DNA of 63,877 nt, filler included, from Octopus bimaculoides (taxonomy: Eukaryota): NCBI RefSeq assembly GCF_001194135.2. It is 7 parts of 7 records of this genome, joined end to end, with 100 filler letters (N's around TTAATTAATTAA, not from the genome) between each part and the next. Parts side by side here need not be neighbours in the genome. Positions count along the whole stretch, not along the records: positions 24,449 to 54,114 come from NC_068997.1; 6 more parts are not named here. The stretch is one strand, 5' to 3'. Within the stretch, counting starts at the first letter, position 1; each line of letters opens with the position of its first letter. A program made the translations under genes and the position numbers. The notes beneath the pieces were generated by a model that worked only from the letters and a program-made list of their open reading frames with translations, was not told where the DNA came from and did not search any database. Shown one piece after another: positions 35,240 through 49,680 of the stretch.

Positions 35240-37010
35240 ATGCCTCCAGTCAAGAAAATTTGTTGACAGTACAATAGTGATTATTTATCGTTTGGATTTA
35301 TTCCCTCTCCTCAGAATTGTCTGTTACCAATGTGCCTTCTTTGCCATCAAACATTGACCAACAAAGCAATGAAACCTTCACGCTTGAAGTATCACATTGA
35401 TGCAAAGCATTCTGACAAGAAGGACAAGCCATTGTCATACTTTTTGCAACTGAATGCCTCTTTCAAAAAGCAAATACAAACATTCAGCACGCTACTCCAA
35501 GAAACTAGTAAACAGGAGAATGATGGTTTGATTGCATCGTACAACATGCTTGTTGCTAAGTCTGGAAAGTCTCACACAATTGGAGAAACATTACTTTGTC
35601 CGGTTATCAAAGAGGTTTTGTCAGCCATTATGCAAGAAAAACCTGATAACATTATGAAGAAGATCCCACTTAGTAATAACACAATTTCTTGATGCATCAA
35701 TGAAATGGTCAACGATGTAAAACATCAGCTCATTGATATTCTCCAGCATTCTGAATTTTCTATACAAGTAGAAGAATCAACTGTTGTGAACAATCAATGT
35801 TTGATGATGGTATATGTCCGATATCTTAGCAACGACCTTCAACCTTGTGAGGAAATGCTGTTCACAGAGAAATTGCTGCTTGACTCAAAAGGTGCATCTA
35901 TTTTTCTCACTCTCAAGTCTTTTCTTTTTGAACATAATATCTCACTCAGTATTATTCTTACCTGTGCATCTGATGGAGCCCCTTCGATGATAGGAAGATA
36001 CAGATGTTTTTCATCTCTCCTAAAGCGTGAAATTTCCCACCAGATACTAACTGTTCATTGCATGGCACACCGGCAGCATTTAGTGGCAAAAAATATGAAC
36101 AGTAGACTGAATGATGCTCTACAGTTAGTTATCAAGACTGTGAACAAATTGAAGTCTAGTCCCTTGTCGGATTGAATTTTCCGTTAACTCTGTCTGAAAA
36201 ATAGTGGGGACCACACTAAACTCTTATACCATACCGAAGTGCAGTGGCTGTCAAAAGGAAACTGTTTTACGCCTTGTTGAACTGTTTCATATAATCATAT
36301 CTTTGTTTAAAGATACTCCACTCTCCACTTCATTAATGGTTGTGAGGTGCAATATCTTTTTTCTTTGTGATATATTCATAAAATTAAATGATTTGATTAA
36401 GTTATTGCAAGGAAACAGAAAAACTCTCATTGATTGTAAATTATTTATCACTACCTTCATTTTGAAATTGGTGCTGTATAAGACTAACATCTCAAAATAT
36501 CACATCCATCAATTTCCAGAACTTTATTCTTTGAAAGATGAATTGGTTGATGAGGATTTAACTACATATTGCAACTATTTACAATCATTGCACAATAACA
36601 TTGTGGAGCAATTTCAAGATGTTATTGCACTGAATATTCCAAATTGGTATAGCAATCCGTTTGAGGTCAATGCAGTCAATTGTGAGGATGATGTTCAGGA
36701 GGAACTGATAGAATTACAAAATGACAATGGTATCATAATGCGATATTGCCGTAATGGCTAAGAAGGTTTGTGGCACTGTCAGAGCATATTGAATTCCTAC
36801 ACCAATCTGTGGAAACAACTGAAATTGATTTTGCTTTCCTTCCCTACCTCATACCTGGTTGAATCTGGTTTTAACCATGTTGGAACTTTACTTTCCCATA
36901 AAATAATTGGACTGGATGTGATACAACAAAGAGACTTGTGGCTAAAGTCGACAAGTTTGAAACCAAATGTATCTGCACTAGCTGCATCACACCAGACACA
37001 TGGTTTTATT
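35240..37010 (+). pseudogene. Near full-length hAT (Buster/ZBED-like) transposase pseudogene
   Basis: BED finger PMCLLC...MKPSRLKYH; FSIQVEEST; ASDGAPSMIG; HCMAHRQHL; YHTEVQWLSKG; FPTSYLVESGFN. At least 5 in-frame stops and a frameshift near 36270. Possible degraded TIRs at 35037-35057 and 37371-37391; no TSD found. Confidence 0.95.
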
Positions 37011-37858
37011 CTTTTCCTTTATAATACAATCATTAATTACTTTTGCATTGGTAGTTCTGATCAATGGTTCATTTAGGGAAAATGAAAATCAGTGTAAAAG
37101 GAAGTGCAAGTTTCCAGAAGTTAACCTGTCTTCATAATATAGTGTTAATGTTAGAATTTTATTCACACTTGTGGCAAAACTAAACCGCATATTTAGTCCA
37201 AACGGCACTAACAGGACAATAAGTCTACGATATAGTGTGTGTCCGATGATACAAGGGGGTGTTTTCCTAGGGGATTTTGTGTTGGTGGGGGGGAGGGGCG
37301 GTTGTGTCAGGGTTTTCTTTACACAGGTTGGCGATGGAACATTCTTTGGCTGATAGGTGGGCGACATTGCAATTTGGCATGTAAAGTACTGATTTAGATA
37401 GTCGTATAGTCATGTGTACAATGCACACACACCTATTATGATATATTATTATTATTGCAAGTTGGTGATAAACTCTACAGGCATGGAAGTTCTGTCAGGT
37501 GAGACTGTCCAAAATGCATGTAGAGTGATGAAACTGTTCTGCATGCACTTATGCAGTGTATGAATGTTGCTGAATTGTGGAATTATGTTGAACAGCTGTT
37601 ATCATGTGTGAGATGCATCTGACTATCAGCTGAATCCATCATGAGGATCGCCCCACCAACTACCTTTAACAAGGTAAGGTAGGTAGTGTTCCTTTGTCTA
37701 GTGGTTATGATGAAAGAGGTTGTGTGGAGGACGAGGCTGAAAGGATTGAGGAAAGACACCTTCCTCTTCAGTCAAGCTCTCATCGACTTTTTAAAGTTTC
37801 AATTGGAAAGCTGGCCCTATGCTTACATACACATTCATACACACAAGTACATGATCCC

Positions 37859-37899
<41 letters not shown>

Positions 37900-38303
37900 G
37901 ACACATGTATGTACTATATATTTATATTCTTGTACACATATACACATATCTACATAGACCCATGCATAAACATGTGTACCCCTAAGTATACATGCATATA
38001 TTTTTACATGCATATATATACATATACTCACACATCACATGTATACATATACCTAAATACTTACACTCATAAAAAGACACTTACATATGTGCATTGATCT
38101 ACATTCCATGATGAAGTGGTATATTCATATAAGTGTACACCTGTAACAACCCTGGAAAATATATATTTACATGTATGTATACATAGACACATACACACAT
38201 ATACACATATACCTATGCAATAGTGCACACATATACAGGTGTACACATATATACTTGTACAGATATTTAAAATTCTTAAACAGACTAAAAGAAAAATGAG
38301 GCA

Positions 38304-38447
38304 CAAGCATGTCTGTGTGGTAAGAAGCTTGTTTTCCAACCATGTGGTTCTGGATTCAGTCCCATTGTGTGGCACCTTGGGCGAGAGTCTTCTACTATTT
38401 CAAAGCCTTGTGAGTGGATTTTGTTGACGGAAACTGAAAGACATCTG

Positions 38448-38485
<38 letters not shown>

Positions 38486-38745
38486 TGTGTGTGTGTGTCT
38501 GTGTCTGTGTTTGTCACCCACCACTGCTTGATAGTCAGTATTTATGTCCCCGTAACTTGTTTATGTCCCCATCACTTCTTTATGTCTCTGTAAATTAGCA
38601 GTTTAGCAAAAGAAACTGATAGAATAAGTACCAGGCTTCAAAAAAAAAAAAAAGTACTGGGGTCAATCCATTCAACTAAAATTCCTCAAGGTAGTGCCCC
38701 AGCATGGCCACTGTCTAATGACTGAATCAAGTGAAAGAAATACAT
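38304..38745 (+). mobile_element. Full-length SINE family B with internal (TG)n
   Basis: gcacaagcatgtctgtgtggtaagaagcttg...(tg)n...ggtagtgccccagcatggccactgtc. Confidence 0.92.
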
Positions 38746-39589
38746 AGAAATGCATAAACATTAGCATATGCAGACGTATTTTTTTCACTTAAAATTATAC
38801 ACACTGCATACCACTAACTATATGGTTGTTGTTATGTGCAACCTCCTCAGTTTTTACATATGTTAAATTTAGGTGGTAAATTCATAACTAAACAACATAT
38901 ACATGTTACATATAGATACATGTCTATACATGTATTGCAGGAATTACAAGTAGACCTGTGCTGTTACTAGAGGTAGAGGATGATAAGAGAATTAAGAGAA
39001 AGTAATAATAGTAAATATATAAGTGTTCAACTCTAAATCCATATAATTCAAGTCTGTAGCTAAGAGCATTCAAATGGCCCAGTTATAGCTACAAGAATAA
39101 GTATTTAACCTAACAGCAAACAGAGAAGAACATAGTTTACATATACAGATTGACATGCACACACGCACATATCTGGTTCATAGCTTAGGAAATACCTAGT
39201 ATTCATCATTATACATAATCACAAATATGTGTAAATGCTTATAGATTATTGCATTGTCCTCAGTCCTCATAATTGCCTGACGATTGATTATGTGAAACTC
39301 TGAGTAAAAGTTTGTGAGACTTTTCAGCATTAATACGATATTATCTTATTCTACCTTTGATATTTGAATGCTATTTTCTCCACTTTGTTTTACACCTATG
39401 TACTCACATGTGTATATATACTCACACATTTCCCTACCACATGATTCTGGGTTCAGTACCACTTCATATCATCTTGGGCAGGTGTCTTCTACTTAATCCC
39501 AGGAGTGGATTTAGTTGATAGAAACTGAAAGAAGCTCATTGTATTTATATTCATATGTGTGTGTGTGTGTGTGTATGTTACTGTCTCTT

Positions 39590-39969
39590 GCCTTGATATC
39601 ACATGATAGTTGTTAAGTGTCACTATCAATGCAAGCAGTGTCCTCCATTTTCAATCCCATGTCAAAGCATAACATATGGGAAATATTGCCTTACTTGGAA
39701 ACAGGTGAGCGTTGACAACAGCAAGGACATCTAGCTGTAGAACATCTGCCTCAGCAAATTCCATCCGAACCATTTGAGCATAAAAAAACTGAATGTTAAA
39801 ACAATGATGATGATATGTATCATCATCATCATCATCATCGTTTAACGTCCGCTTTCCATGCTAGCATGGGTTGGACGATTTGACTGAGGACTGGTGAAAC
39901 CGGATGGCAACACCAGGCTCCAATCTAATTTGGCAGAGTTTCTACAGCTGGACGCCCTTCCTAACGCCA
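39590..39969. mobile_element. Two RTE-type 3' tails facing each other
   Basis: The plus-strand copy ends gttaaaacaatgatgatgat at about 39815. The minus-strand copy begins (atc)n gtttaacgtccgc at about 39823. Confidence 0.7.
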
Positions 39970-40877
39970 NNNNNNNNNNNNNNNNNNNNNNNNNNNNNNN
40001 NNNNNNNNNNNNNNNNNNNNNNNNNNNNNNNNNNNNNNNNNNNNNNNNNNNNNNNNNNNNNNNNNNNNNNNNNNNNNNNNNNNNNNNNNNNNNNNNNNNN
40101 NNNNNNNNNNNNNNNNNNNNNNNNNNNNNNNNNNNNNNNNNNNNNNNNNNNNNNNNNNNNNNNNNNNNNNNNNNNNNNNNNNNNNNNNNNNNNNNNNNNN
40201 NNNNNNNNNNNNNNNNNNNNNNNNNNNNNNNNNNNNNNNNNNNNNNNNNNNNNNNNNNNNNNNNNNNNNNNNNNNNNNNNNNNNNNNNNNNNNNNNNNNN
40301 NNNNNNNNNNNNNNNNNNNNNNNNNNNNNNNNNNNNNNNNNNNNNNNNNNNNNNNNNNNNNNNNNNNNNNNNNNNNNNNNNNNNNNNNNNNNNNNNNNNN
40401 NNNNNNNNNNNNNNNNNNNNNNNNNNNNNNNNNNNNNNNNNNNNNNNNNNNNNNNNNNNNNNNNNNNNNNNNNNNNNNNNNNNNNNNNNNNNNNNNNNNN
40501 NNNNNNNNNNNNNNNNNNNNNNNNNNNNNNNNNNNNNNNNNNNNNNNNNNNNNNNNNNNNNNNNNNNNNNNNNNNNNNNNNNNNNNNNNNNNNNNNNNNN
40601 NNNNNNNNNNNNNNNNNNNNNNNNNNNNNNNNNNNNNNNNNNNNNNNNNNNNNNNNNNNNNNNNNNNNNNNNNNNNNNNNNNNNNNNNNNNNNNNNNNNN
40701 NNNNNNNNNNNNNNNNNNNNNNNNNNNNNNNNNNNNNNNNNNNNNNNNNNNNNNNNNNNNNNNNNNNNNNNNNNNNNNNNNNNNNNNNNNNNNNNNNNNN
40801 NNNNNNNNNNNNNNNNNNNNNNNNNNNNNNNNNNNNNNNNNNNNNNNNNNNNNNNNNNNNNNNNNNNNNNNNNNNNN

Positions 40878-40944
<67 letters not shown>

Positions 40945-40999
40945 ATATACTCATATTTATATATAATAATTTTATCCTGGAGTTTATTTACTCTATTAA

Positions 41000-41218
41000 C
41001 CTTTCAGTGTTTATATTGCACTGTTAAATATACTGCATTTTTTTCAAATTGTTTTGAATTAATCATGTATTATCATATAGCTTTGAAATTTTGATGATGT
41101 TATAGTTAATCTTTAGAAAAACATTTTAGGGTTGGTGTGAAAGGTTGGATATGGTCGATTTGAATGTAAAATGTGTAGAATATTTGGACCAGATTGGGTT
41201 GGTTTAAATACTAAAGGG
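41000..41218. mobile_element. piggyBac-type MITE (about 219 bp)
   Basis: TTAA at 40996-40999 and 41219-41222; ends cctttcagtgttta and taaatactaaaggg form imperfect TIRs. Confidence 0.75.
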
Positions 41219-41729
41219 TTAAAGTATTGGCCATCAGAGAAGACAGTAATCCAGAGATTGAATGTTTTTTCAAACAGATGTCTGAAAGTTCATGAATATT
41301 TGTAGAGATTTTACCATTACAAGCAAGAAGAATGGCATTAGCAAGTCGTTTTGCTACATCAATTTACAATTGTTTCATCTCAATTCAATCTCATCAATAT
41401 TGCCATATTATGCAACAATATATGGAACCATTAATTCTTGAGGTGTCATTGAAATGACACCGACCAAATAAAATCAATTTGCTGTAGGAATTTGAATGAT
41501 CAAAATTTTATACCTCAAGAATTTACACCTCTATGGTACTCAGGTGTGTTTACATAATTACTTTAGAATATTGCAAACAAAAGAAATCATTGGTTTGAAT
41601 TAACGAGTCAAGTAAGAAAGATGAATAGAAAAGAAAGAAGCAGAAAAAATGCTTCTTGCTTTCAGGTGTTATCATAATAAATTATTGGCTTGTTAACAGT
41701 TTCTATCTTAACAAAACGATTTTATGGCC

Positions 41730-41763
<34 letters not shown>

Positions 41764-42369
41764 ACACACACATAAGTGTGTGGGTATATATTTGCACATT
41801 TGTTTGTATGTGTACAAGCATATGTAATGAGTGCTATGTAAGTATATATATTCATGTGTATGCATGTATCGTTTGTCTGTATGTGTGTATATGTGCATTT
41901 AAATCAATATTTAAATTAATGCATCTGTGTGTCTTTGTCTTTACATATGGTTGTTTATTTAAGTGTGACTATGTGTGTGTGCATGTGTATGTGTATATGT
42001 ATATATTTTTATATATGTATGTGCCTTTTACTTGTTTCAGGCATTGGACTGCAACCATGCTCAGGCAAGACTTTGTGGAATTTAGTCAAACAATTTGGGC
42101 CCACTAATTGTTTTTTTAAGTCTGGTATTTATGGTATTGGTCTCTAAGTTAAGGGTGCCTAAACAAACCATCACTGCTTGTCGCGTGCTTTGGGGGACAA
42201 GCGCAAGTACAAATATATTATATATATGGCAAATGAAAGCTACCAGGTTTATTTATTTATTAATATTTAGAAGCAACAGACTGACTTGAGGGCCAAAAGT
42301 TTTGTGTGTTCGATAAGTGCCAATGCATGAAATTCTCAGCCCTTGAGTCACTGTTGTTTCTGCTAAATA

Positions 42370-42405
<36 letters not shown>

Positions 42406-42408
<3 letters not shown>

Positions 42409-42834
42409 TTTTATTTGTTTCAGTCATTTGACTGTGGCCATGCTGGAGCACCACCTTTAGTCGAGCAAATAAACCCCAGGACTTATTCTTTGTAAGCCTA
42501 GTACTAATTCAATTGGTATCTTTTTGCTGAACTGCTAAGTTACAAGTATGTAAACACACCAGCATCGGCTGTCAAGTGATGCTGGGGTGACAAACACAGA
42601 TACACACACACACACATATGTGTGTGTGTGTGTATATATATATCTAGGGTAGCAAATTTTTACAAATTTCACTATAACCGTAAAAACAAGGTAAAAGATT
42701 TTATTTCTTCATTCCTTTTGAAATTGCTTAAATTTTGTGGTTTTCGGTCGTTTTGACTGTCTCCACGTATGTAGAAATTGCCTGTAATAGGTCATTTCTC
42801 TTGTGTTTAAATGTACACTATTTCATATATATAT

Positions 42835-42874
<40 letters not shown>

Positions 42875-43220
42875 GACAGGCTTCTTTCAGTTTCTGTCTA
42901 CCAAATCNNNNNNNNNNTGGCCCAAGGCTATAGTAGAAGACACTTGCCCAAGGTACCATATATATATATGTATGTACGTACAGATGTTTGTTTAAGTAGA
43001 TTTAGTACTAACAGCTATCACACAGCATCATAAGATAAGAAGACTCACATATACACATACACACACACATATACATACAGCAGTCTACTTTCGGTTTGTC
43101 TGCCACAAGGCTTTGGTTGGCCCATGCTTACAGTAGAAGATATATCCATGGTGCCATGCAGCAGGACTGAATCTGAAACTATGTAGTTTGAAGTGAACTT
43201 CTTAAGCACACAGCCATGCT
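42406..43220 (-). mobile_element. Cluster of SINE family B fragments
   Basis: 3' domain 42406-42620; core fragments at about 42873-42960 and 43085-43220. Confidence 0.85.
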
Positions 43221-43258
43221 TATGCTTATACCCATGCTTGTACCTATAACCATACCTA

Positions 43259-43322
<64 letters not shown>

Positions 43323-43504
43323 CATGTATATGTATGTGTGTGTGTATGTATATATGTATATGTTTATATNNNNNNNNNNNNNNNNNNNNNNNNNNNNNNN
43401 NNNNNNNNNNNNNNNNNNNNNNNNNNNNNNNNNNNNNNNNNNNNNNNNNNNNNNNNNNNNNNNNNNNNNNNNNNNNNNNNNNNNNNNNNNNNNNNNNNNN
43501 NNNN

Positions 43505-43555
<51 letters not shown>

Positions 43556-43664
43556 CATATATACATACACACATGTATATATATATATATGTGTGTAGGA
43601 AGATATGCATATGTAATTTTATTTCTTTAGATATATTATGTTTTTTTATATATTGGTTTCAAAT

Positions 43665-43860
43665 TTTGGCAAAAGGCCAGCAAGTTCAGAGGAGGGGGTA
43701 AATCAATTACATTGACCCCAGTGTTCAACTGGTACTTATTTTATCAAAAGGATGATCATCAAAGTCGACCTCAACAGAATTTGAACTCAGAATGTAAAGA
43801 CGGAGAAAATGCCACTAAGCATTTTGCCTGGCAAGCTGATGATTCTGCAGTTGACTGCCT
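43665..43860 (-). mobile_element. SINE family C
   Basis: attgaccccagtgttcaactggtacttattttatc...gaatttgaactcagaatgtaaagacgg. Confidence 0.85.
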
Positions 43861-44079
43861 TTATAGTTATTTATATATTCATACATGAATATGTTTGTTT
43901 GTACATATATATTCAATTTTCATGCTTATGCCACTTTGAGTGTACTGTGATGCATCCCATATTCACACACACATATGCACACATAGACATAGCCACTCAC
44001 GCATATATGTGTACATATGAGTGTGCATGTCATTGTGTGTGTGTGCATGTGTGCGTGCGTGCGTGTGTGTGTGTGTGTT

Positions 44080-44129
<50 letters not shown>

Positions 44130-47100
44130 TCTGCATTTCACTTGTATGTATGCCTTACCTGTTTAACAAGCAGATTTGTGAAATTTCTAATTTCCATGTA
44201 ACGCACTAACATTAATCTTTAATTGAACATTCCAGAAAAGAATGTAATTCACACTACATAAAATTTGTTCCCAGCTTGATAAGTGTTGTACATGAAACTC
44301 TTGGCACTTGAGTCAATTTTGCAGCTTTCTGCTGATTAAAAACTAAAAACTGTATGTGTGTGTGTGTGTATATATATATATATTTATGTATCTATGTATG
44401 TGTATATATATATATGTGTGTGTATGTATGTGTGTATGTGTATATCTATCTGCCTGTCTGTCTGTGTATCTGTCCGTCTCTCTTTCTTTTTCTGTCTGTC
44501 TATCTGTCTCTCTATGTGTGTACACACACACACGTACATATTTTATTGATGGATATTTTCACAGTTATGTATTTTGGGATTTTATTTATGTTTTAATGGA
44601 GAAATAGTATATAAATACTGACATTACCTTAACAAATATGAATCTACTAGAGTTATCTTTGCTTGCTATTTATATACTAGCTTGAAAAGAGATACTCTCT
44701 TACTACTGTTGCTTTCTTTTATTTCTCTTCCCTTCTATTGCATGCAGACACACACAGACAGACAGACACACACACACACAAGCTCCACCCCCCAAATTCT
44801 CAATTCTCTCTTCTTTGCCCTTGCTTCCCTTTCTGTTTTTAGATAGAGCCTGTTTGGTTTCATTTAAACATAAAATATAGAGATATTCTAGGAATACTCT
44901 AAGTTAAAAGAAGTACACAGCACATTAATTGAAAACATGCACCAATAATTTTATAAACTGTTGGTGCATGTTAAATGCTTTTTCTAATGGGTTTAAATAT
45001 TTGATTTTGTGTGTCTTTATTATTTTTTCTCCTCATTATTCTTCAAAGATATATGCATATCTGTTTGTGTGTGGGGAGGGCAAATACAGTGTGGAGTAGG
45101 AGGCAAGCTCCCAACAAGCCAAACTTGTGGATAAGTTCAAATTCCTGGTTACTGGTATTACTCTTCAGTTTTGCTACTGATACCCTTAGAAAAGGATGAA
45201 TGTCATGAAACCAATTTCTTCATCCTTCAATTGAAAGGACTGAACAACAATTGATACAGACTATTTCCGATCATAAAATATGAGGCAATTGATATTATTT
45301 TTCAAAAGATGAATATATATGTGAGTGTATGTGTGTGTGCGTGCATGTGTGTATATGTGTGGGTAACTTAATAACATTACTAAAACTTTCTAAATAACTT
45401 TATATAACTAATTAGCATGGTATTTTTGATTTAGCCATTCATCTTTTAATTAGTAGTAACTTTTCATATGAATATTGTTTTCTCATGACACTTTATTCTG
45501 TAGTGCTGTAATTTTGGTTTATGTGTCTTTATTTGATGTTATTGATATTACTTTACATTATAGAAGTAAAGGTAATGCTACTACCCCTCTGACTTTTGAT
45601 TGCTTCAACTCATCTCATCCCGTTTCACAACTCCCTCGGTCTCTTTGCTCCTCTCACTTTGTGATACAATGCACAGCAGTCTTGCCTGTAAATGTTACTA
45701 CTGCAAGTTGATTATTATTATCTGTTCTTTTCATTAATATGATAACTGTCAAATTCAAATTTAGAAAATTATATATGGAAAAAAACTTTTTTAATGGTTC
45801 AGAAATGCAGCATTATCTACATAGGGTATTCTTTAAATAATATTTTGTTTCAAGATCTTAATTATGTAACTTCAAGTTGATAATCATAATTTATTAGGTT
45901 TTATGCAGGTTCTACTGCATATTTTTTTTTATTCCACATTATTTGAAGGTAAGTGAGACCTGGTAGCATTTTCATATCAATTATAAATCATAATAGATAA
46001 CTTGTCTTACCTGTAGCTTTGAAATATGCATATCTTGAAAGTTAATTACTTCTTTTTTTTTTTTAATTTAGATAAAATGTTAGATGTGTGCCTCAATTAC
46101 AAACTTTAACTTGTGCTCTTATACTTTTAATAATTGAATCTTTGAGTAAATTTTATGATATATATTAAAATAATAATGTTGTAATCAATGATTTAAAAGT
46201 CTTCTTTCATTTCATATAATATTACAACTTTTGACTTTTGCAAATTAGAAGAATGAATCGTTGAAATTTCCTTTCAAAATGCATTATTGTATATATTTGA
46301 GGCTAGTTGTTGCAGTACAAATAGTAATTAACTAAACTAACTTGTGATATAATATCTGATTGTTAAAAAAAATTCTATTTTTTTAATTTATTCTTTTAAA
46401 CTGAAACTACTTTCCCAGCTGATCATGAATAGTGCAGTGTATTCAATGTTTTCATTTTATTTAATACCACATGTTTTAACAGAAAAAAAAAAACTTATTT
46501 AAAACTACTATAATTTCATTTTTTAATAATTGAATGAAACTTATTTTAGTTTATTTTGTATAATTTTTGGTAGCAATATATTTTTCTTTTTAATGATTTA
46601 ATTATTGATAATTTGATTATTTCTTGATTTTATTCATTTTCCTTTAAAGCAACTTTTGTTGTTCTATTAGGAGAAATGTTTCACCCTCTGTTCCTTAGTT
46701 TTTATCATCACTATCTATATCTAATTATTTTTATATCAAGATAAAAGTGCTAAGTAATTTGAATATGCTGTTTATACTTGTAATGCTTAACATTTTAATT
46801 TTAAATCAAATTTATGATAACATATCCTTTATATTTGTCATTTCCAATCATTACTTAAGTGCCTTGATAATTCCTATAGTTTCTAAATCAAATATGCTTT
46901 TATTTTACTAGCATCTTGTTAATAAGTTTCTTCAAGTTTTTACAATTAAAGGAATATCCTTAAAAGACTCATTTTTAGAGTTGGTTAACAAGTGCACTCA
47001 TTCAGGTGCAATGAATTTATGTATTAAACTTTATGGATATCACTATGATGATGTATTTTTTTCTGTTATTCTATATGTGATAATGTTTGTTCCCTATCAT

Positions 47101-49349
47101 AATATTTTAAGATAATTTATGTTTTTATATCAGTATATATGTTTCTTACAATTTATTAAAAGAATTACCAAATTTCAATGACAGGAATCAAATTAAAATT
47201 TGGTTTATTATCTGGTTTTAATTTGACTATCATTTTATTTCTGCACTTTAGATTTTATAGTTTAAAATTTATCCTGTTTGAATTTAATCCTTGATAAATA
47301 AATGTAAAAAGAAAAAAAATAATTGGAATAACATATTAAAGAATTTATGTTATTCCAATTGTTTTTTTTCTTTTTGGTTTTGGTTGAGAGAATTACAATA
47401 ATTGCTCAGTTATTCAATATAAAAGTAAAATATGGTCTTTTGTCTTTAAATCTTATCATGAGATTTAATATGATAATCATCCAGATGGATTGACATATAC
47501 TTCAAATATAATAAAGTTATCTTACATTTCTTGTTTGAAGTAAGTCCATGTTTAATAAACTCCATTTCCTCAAGCAACCATATAGATATGGTTGAGAAAT
47601 GGCAACCAAATCTTCTCTAGTGTGTAATTCTAATGCACATTATGTGTATGCATTGTTTCAGTCAATCAGTAACGATAATTTAAAAGTGCTGAACACATTT
47701 GAAGGAATGCATTGCTATGATATCTATAGTTCCAGAACTTGGCCAGAATGTATTAGCAATCATTGAAATTATTTCAACTAAATGTATTTATTACATAAAT
47801 GAAACTACAAGTGAAGCTGTAAACAGTATTCCTTGTAAGCAACATGGGGCTTATGCACTGGTCAAAACTGAAACCAAACTATTGAAAAAGTGGGTGTGAC
47901 TTACTAACACTTCTACTTCTATGAATATATAGTATATATATTGTGGTATATATCTTCAGAAAATCACTTTCATTGTGATTATTGTTTACTTCCATGGTAT
48001 TATTTAAATTTTCAATATATAGCTATTTATTAACAATCATTTTAAACATGGAAATGCATAAAACAAATGTTTAAAGACCTCAGTTAACATGTGACAAAGA
48101 TACCGAAACTAGTGTCATACCAGTTTTTTGTGTTATATCTATATGCATTTCTTTGAAAAGGAAATTTGCATTATTTTTGTCATTATAACTTGTTAGGAAA
48201 CAAATTAGGATGTAAGTTAACATACAAAGTTGCTGTGTTTACTGTACAATACGAAATACGCATGAATTTCAGACATGCATATAATGGAGACATGCATATA
48301 TATGCATATGATGAAGGCATGAATATAAAGAACAGTGAACATGATATTAATGTTGCTTGTTAGAAGTTTAAGTATTTTATGCAAACTGAAAATTTGAAAC
48401 AACTCAGGAAATGTAGTTAGATCTAGGACTACATTATCCAATACAGCTTTAGTTACAACTACATTTTAGTTCTTTTAGGTGTGCAAGCATACATACATAT
48501 GTATATATATGTACATACATGTGTACACACACATACACAAATAGTGGAAGTCAGCTTGTGGCCAAGTAAGACCATTTTCTAAACTCAGTAAATTCATGCA
48601 CACGTTCTAAGAGTCCAAGAAGTTACTGTGCATAAATTTGATATGAATGGATAAAGTGTTGCACAGTACTGAACCCACTTTTCAACAGAGATTGAAACGA
48701 CCAGAAATTGAGTGCACTTCACATTTAGACATATTTATCTTCTCGAAGGAAGTTCTAATGAGAACTAGGGGTCCTTCACTCTCAGTGGTTCACATGCTAG
48801 TTAACCCATAGTTAGGACCCAAACAGGTGCTACAACTTCAGATCAGAGTAAACCTGGGAACAATGGTGGCTAAGAGGCGGTTCCACACTCTTCAAAACCC
48901 TGGAACTCTTGTACCAGGGTCCAACTACTGGATGCAGTTAGAAGTCATACCCAAGACATACATACACACGCATGTATGCACGCGCGCGCGTGCACACACA
49001 CACACACACACACACGCACGCACACACAGAGGAACTGTAAAACTTTGTAAAACTTTTCTGAAGTTTATCACTTAAGCATATATGCATGAGAATATATACA
49101 TCATAAAACAAAACATACAAATCTGCATGTGCATTGGCTCCAAGTACTGCACATATACACTCATACATGAAAAAATACCATCTTGATGTTGTTGAAATTT
49201 AATGAAGGAGCTTTGGATCTTGGTTAGGAAATGGTTCTTTCTCTAATGGCAAGAAATCTTGAAATAAAACTGAATAATGACATAAATACGTTGCACTCTA
49301 TCTCCGCATATATGCAAAAGTAGTTAACAACTAGAATCTTCATGATTGC

Positions 49350-49680
49350 TCCAAATGCTTGGTGTCACCATCACTGAGTATTTTTCCTGGCAAACACATC
49401 CTTAACATTGTTAAGATTGCATCTCAATGACTAACCCTTCTCACAAGAGCTAAACAATACTTCCACCCCCCACCCCCAACATCTACAAACTCTTTACAAA
49501 GGTCAGATGAAACCCACATTAGTTTACTTGCTATCACATCTGGGACAGTGCCATTGTCATACCCACTGATGTCTTAGTACACATTTAGACAAAGGCTGCT
49601 TGACTGATTAGCATAAACTCATTCACAGACATGGTTCTTGAAGCTGGCTGGTGTCATTTTTCTCTTTTTAACTTGAAAAA
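49350..49680 (+). mobile_element. CR1/Jockey-group LINE, RT C-terminal remnant
   Basis: Across frameshifts: MLGVTITEYFSWQTH / ILNIVKIASQ*LTLLTRAKQYF / LQTLYKGQMKPTLVY / HIWDSA. Confidence 0.7.
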
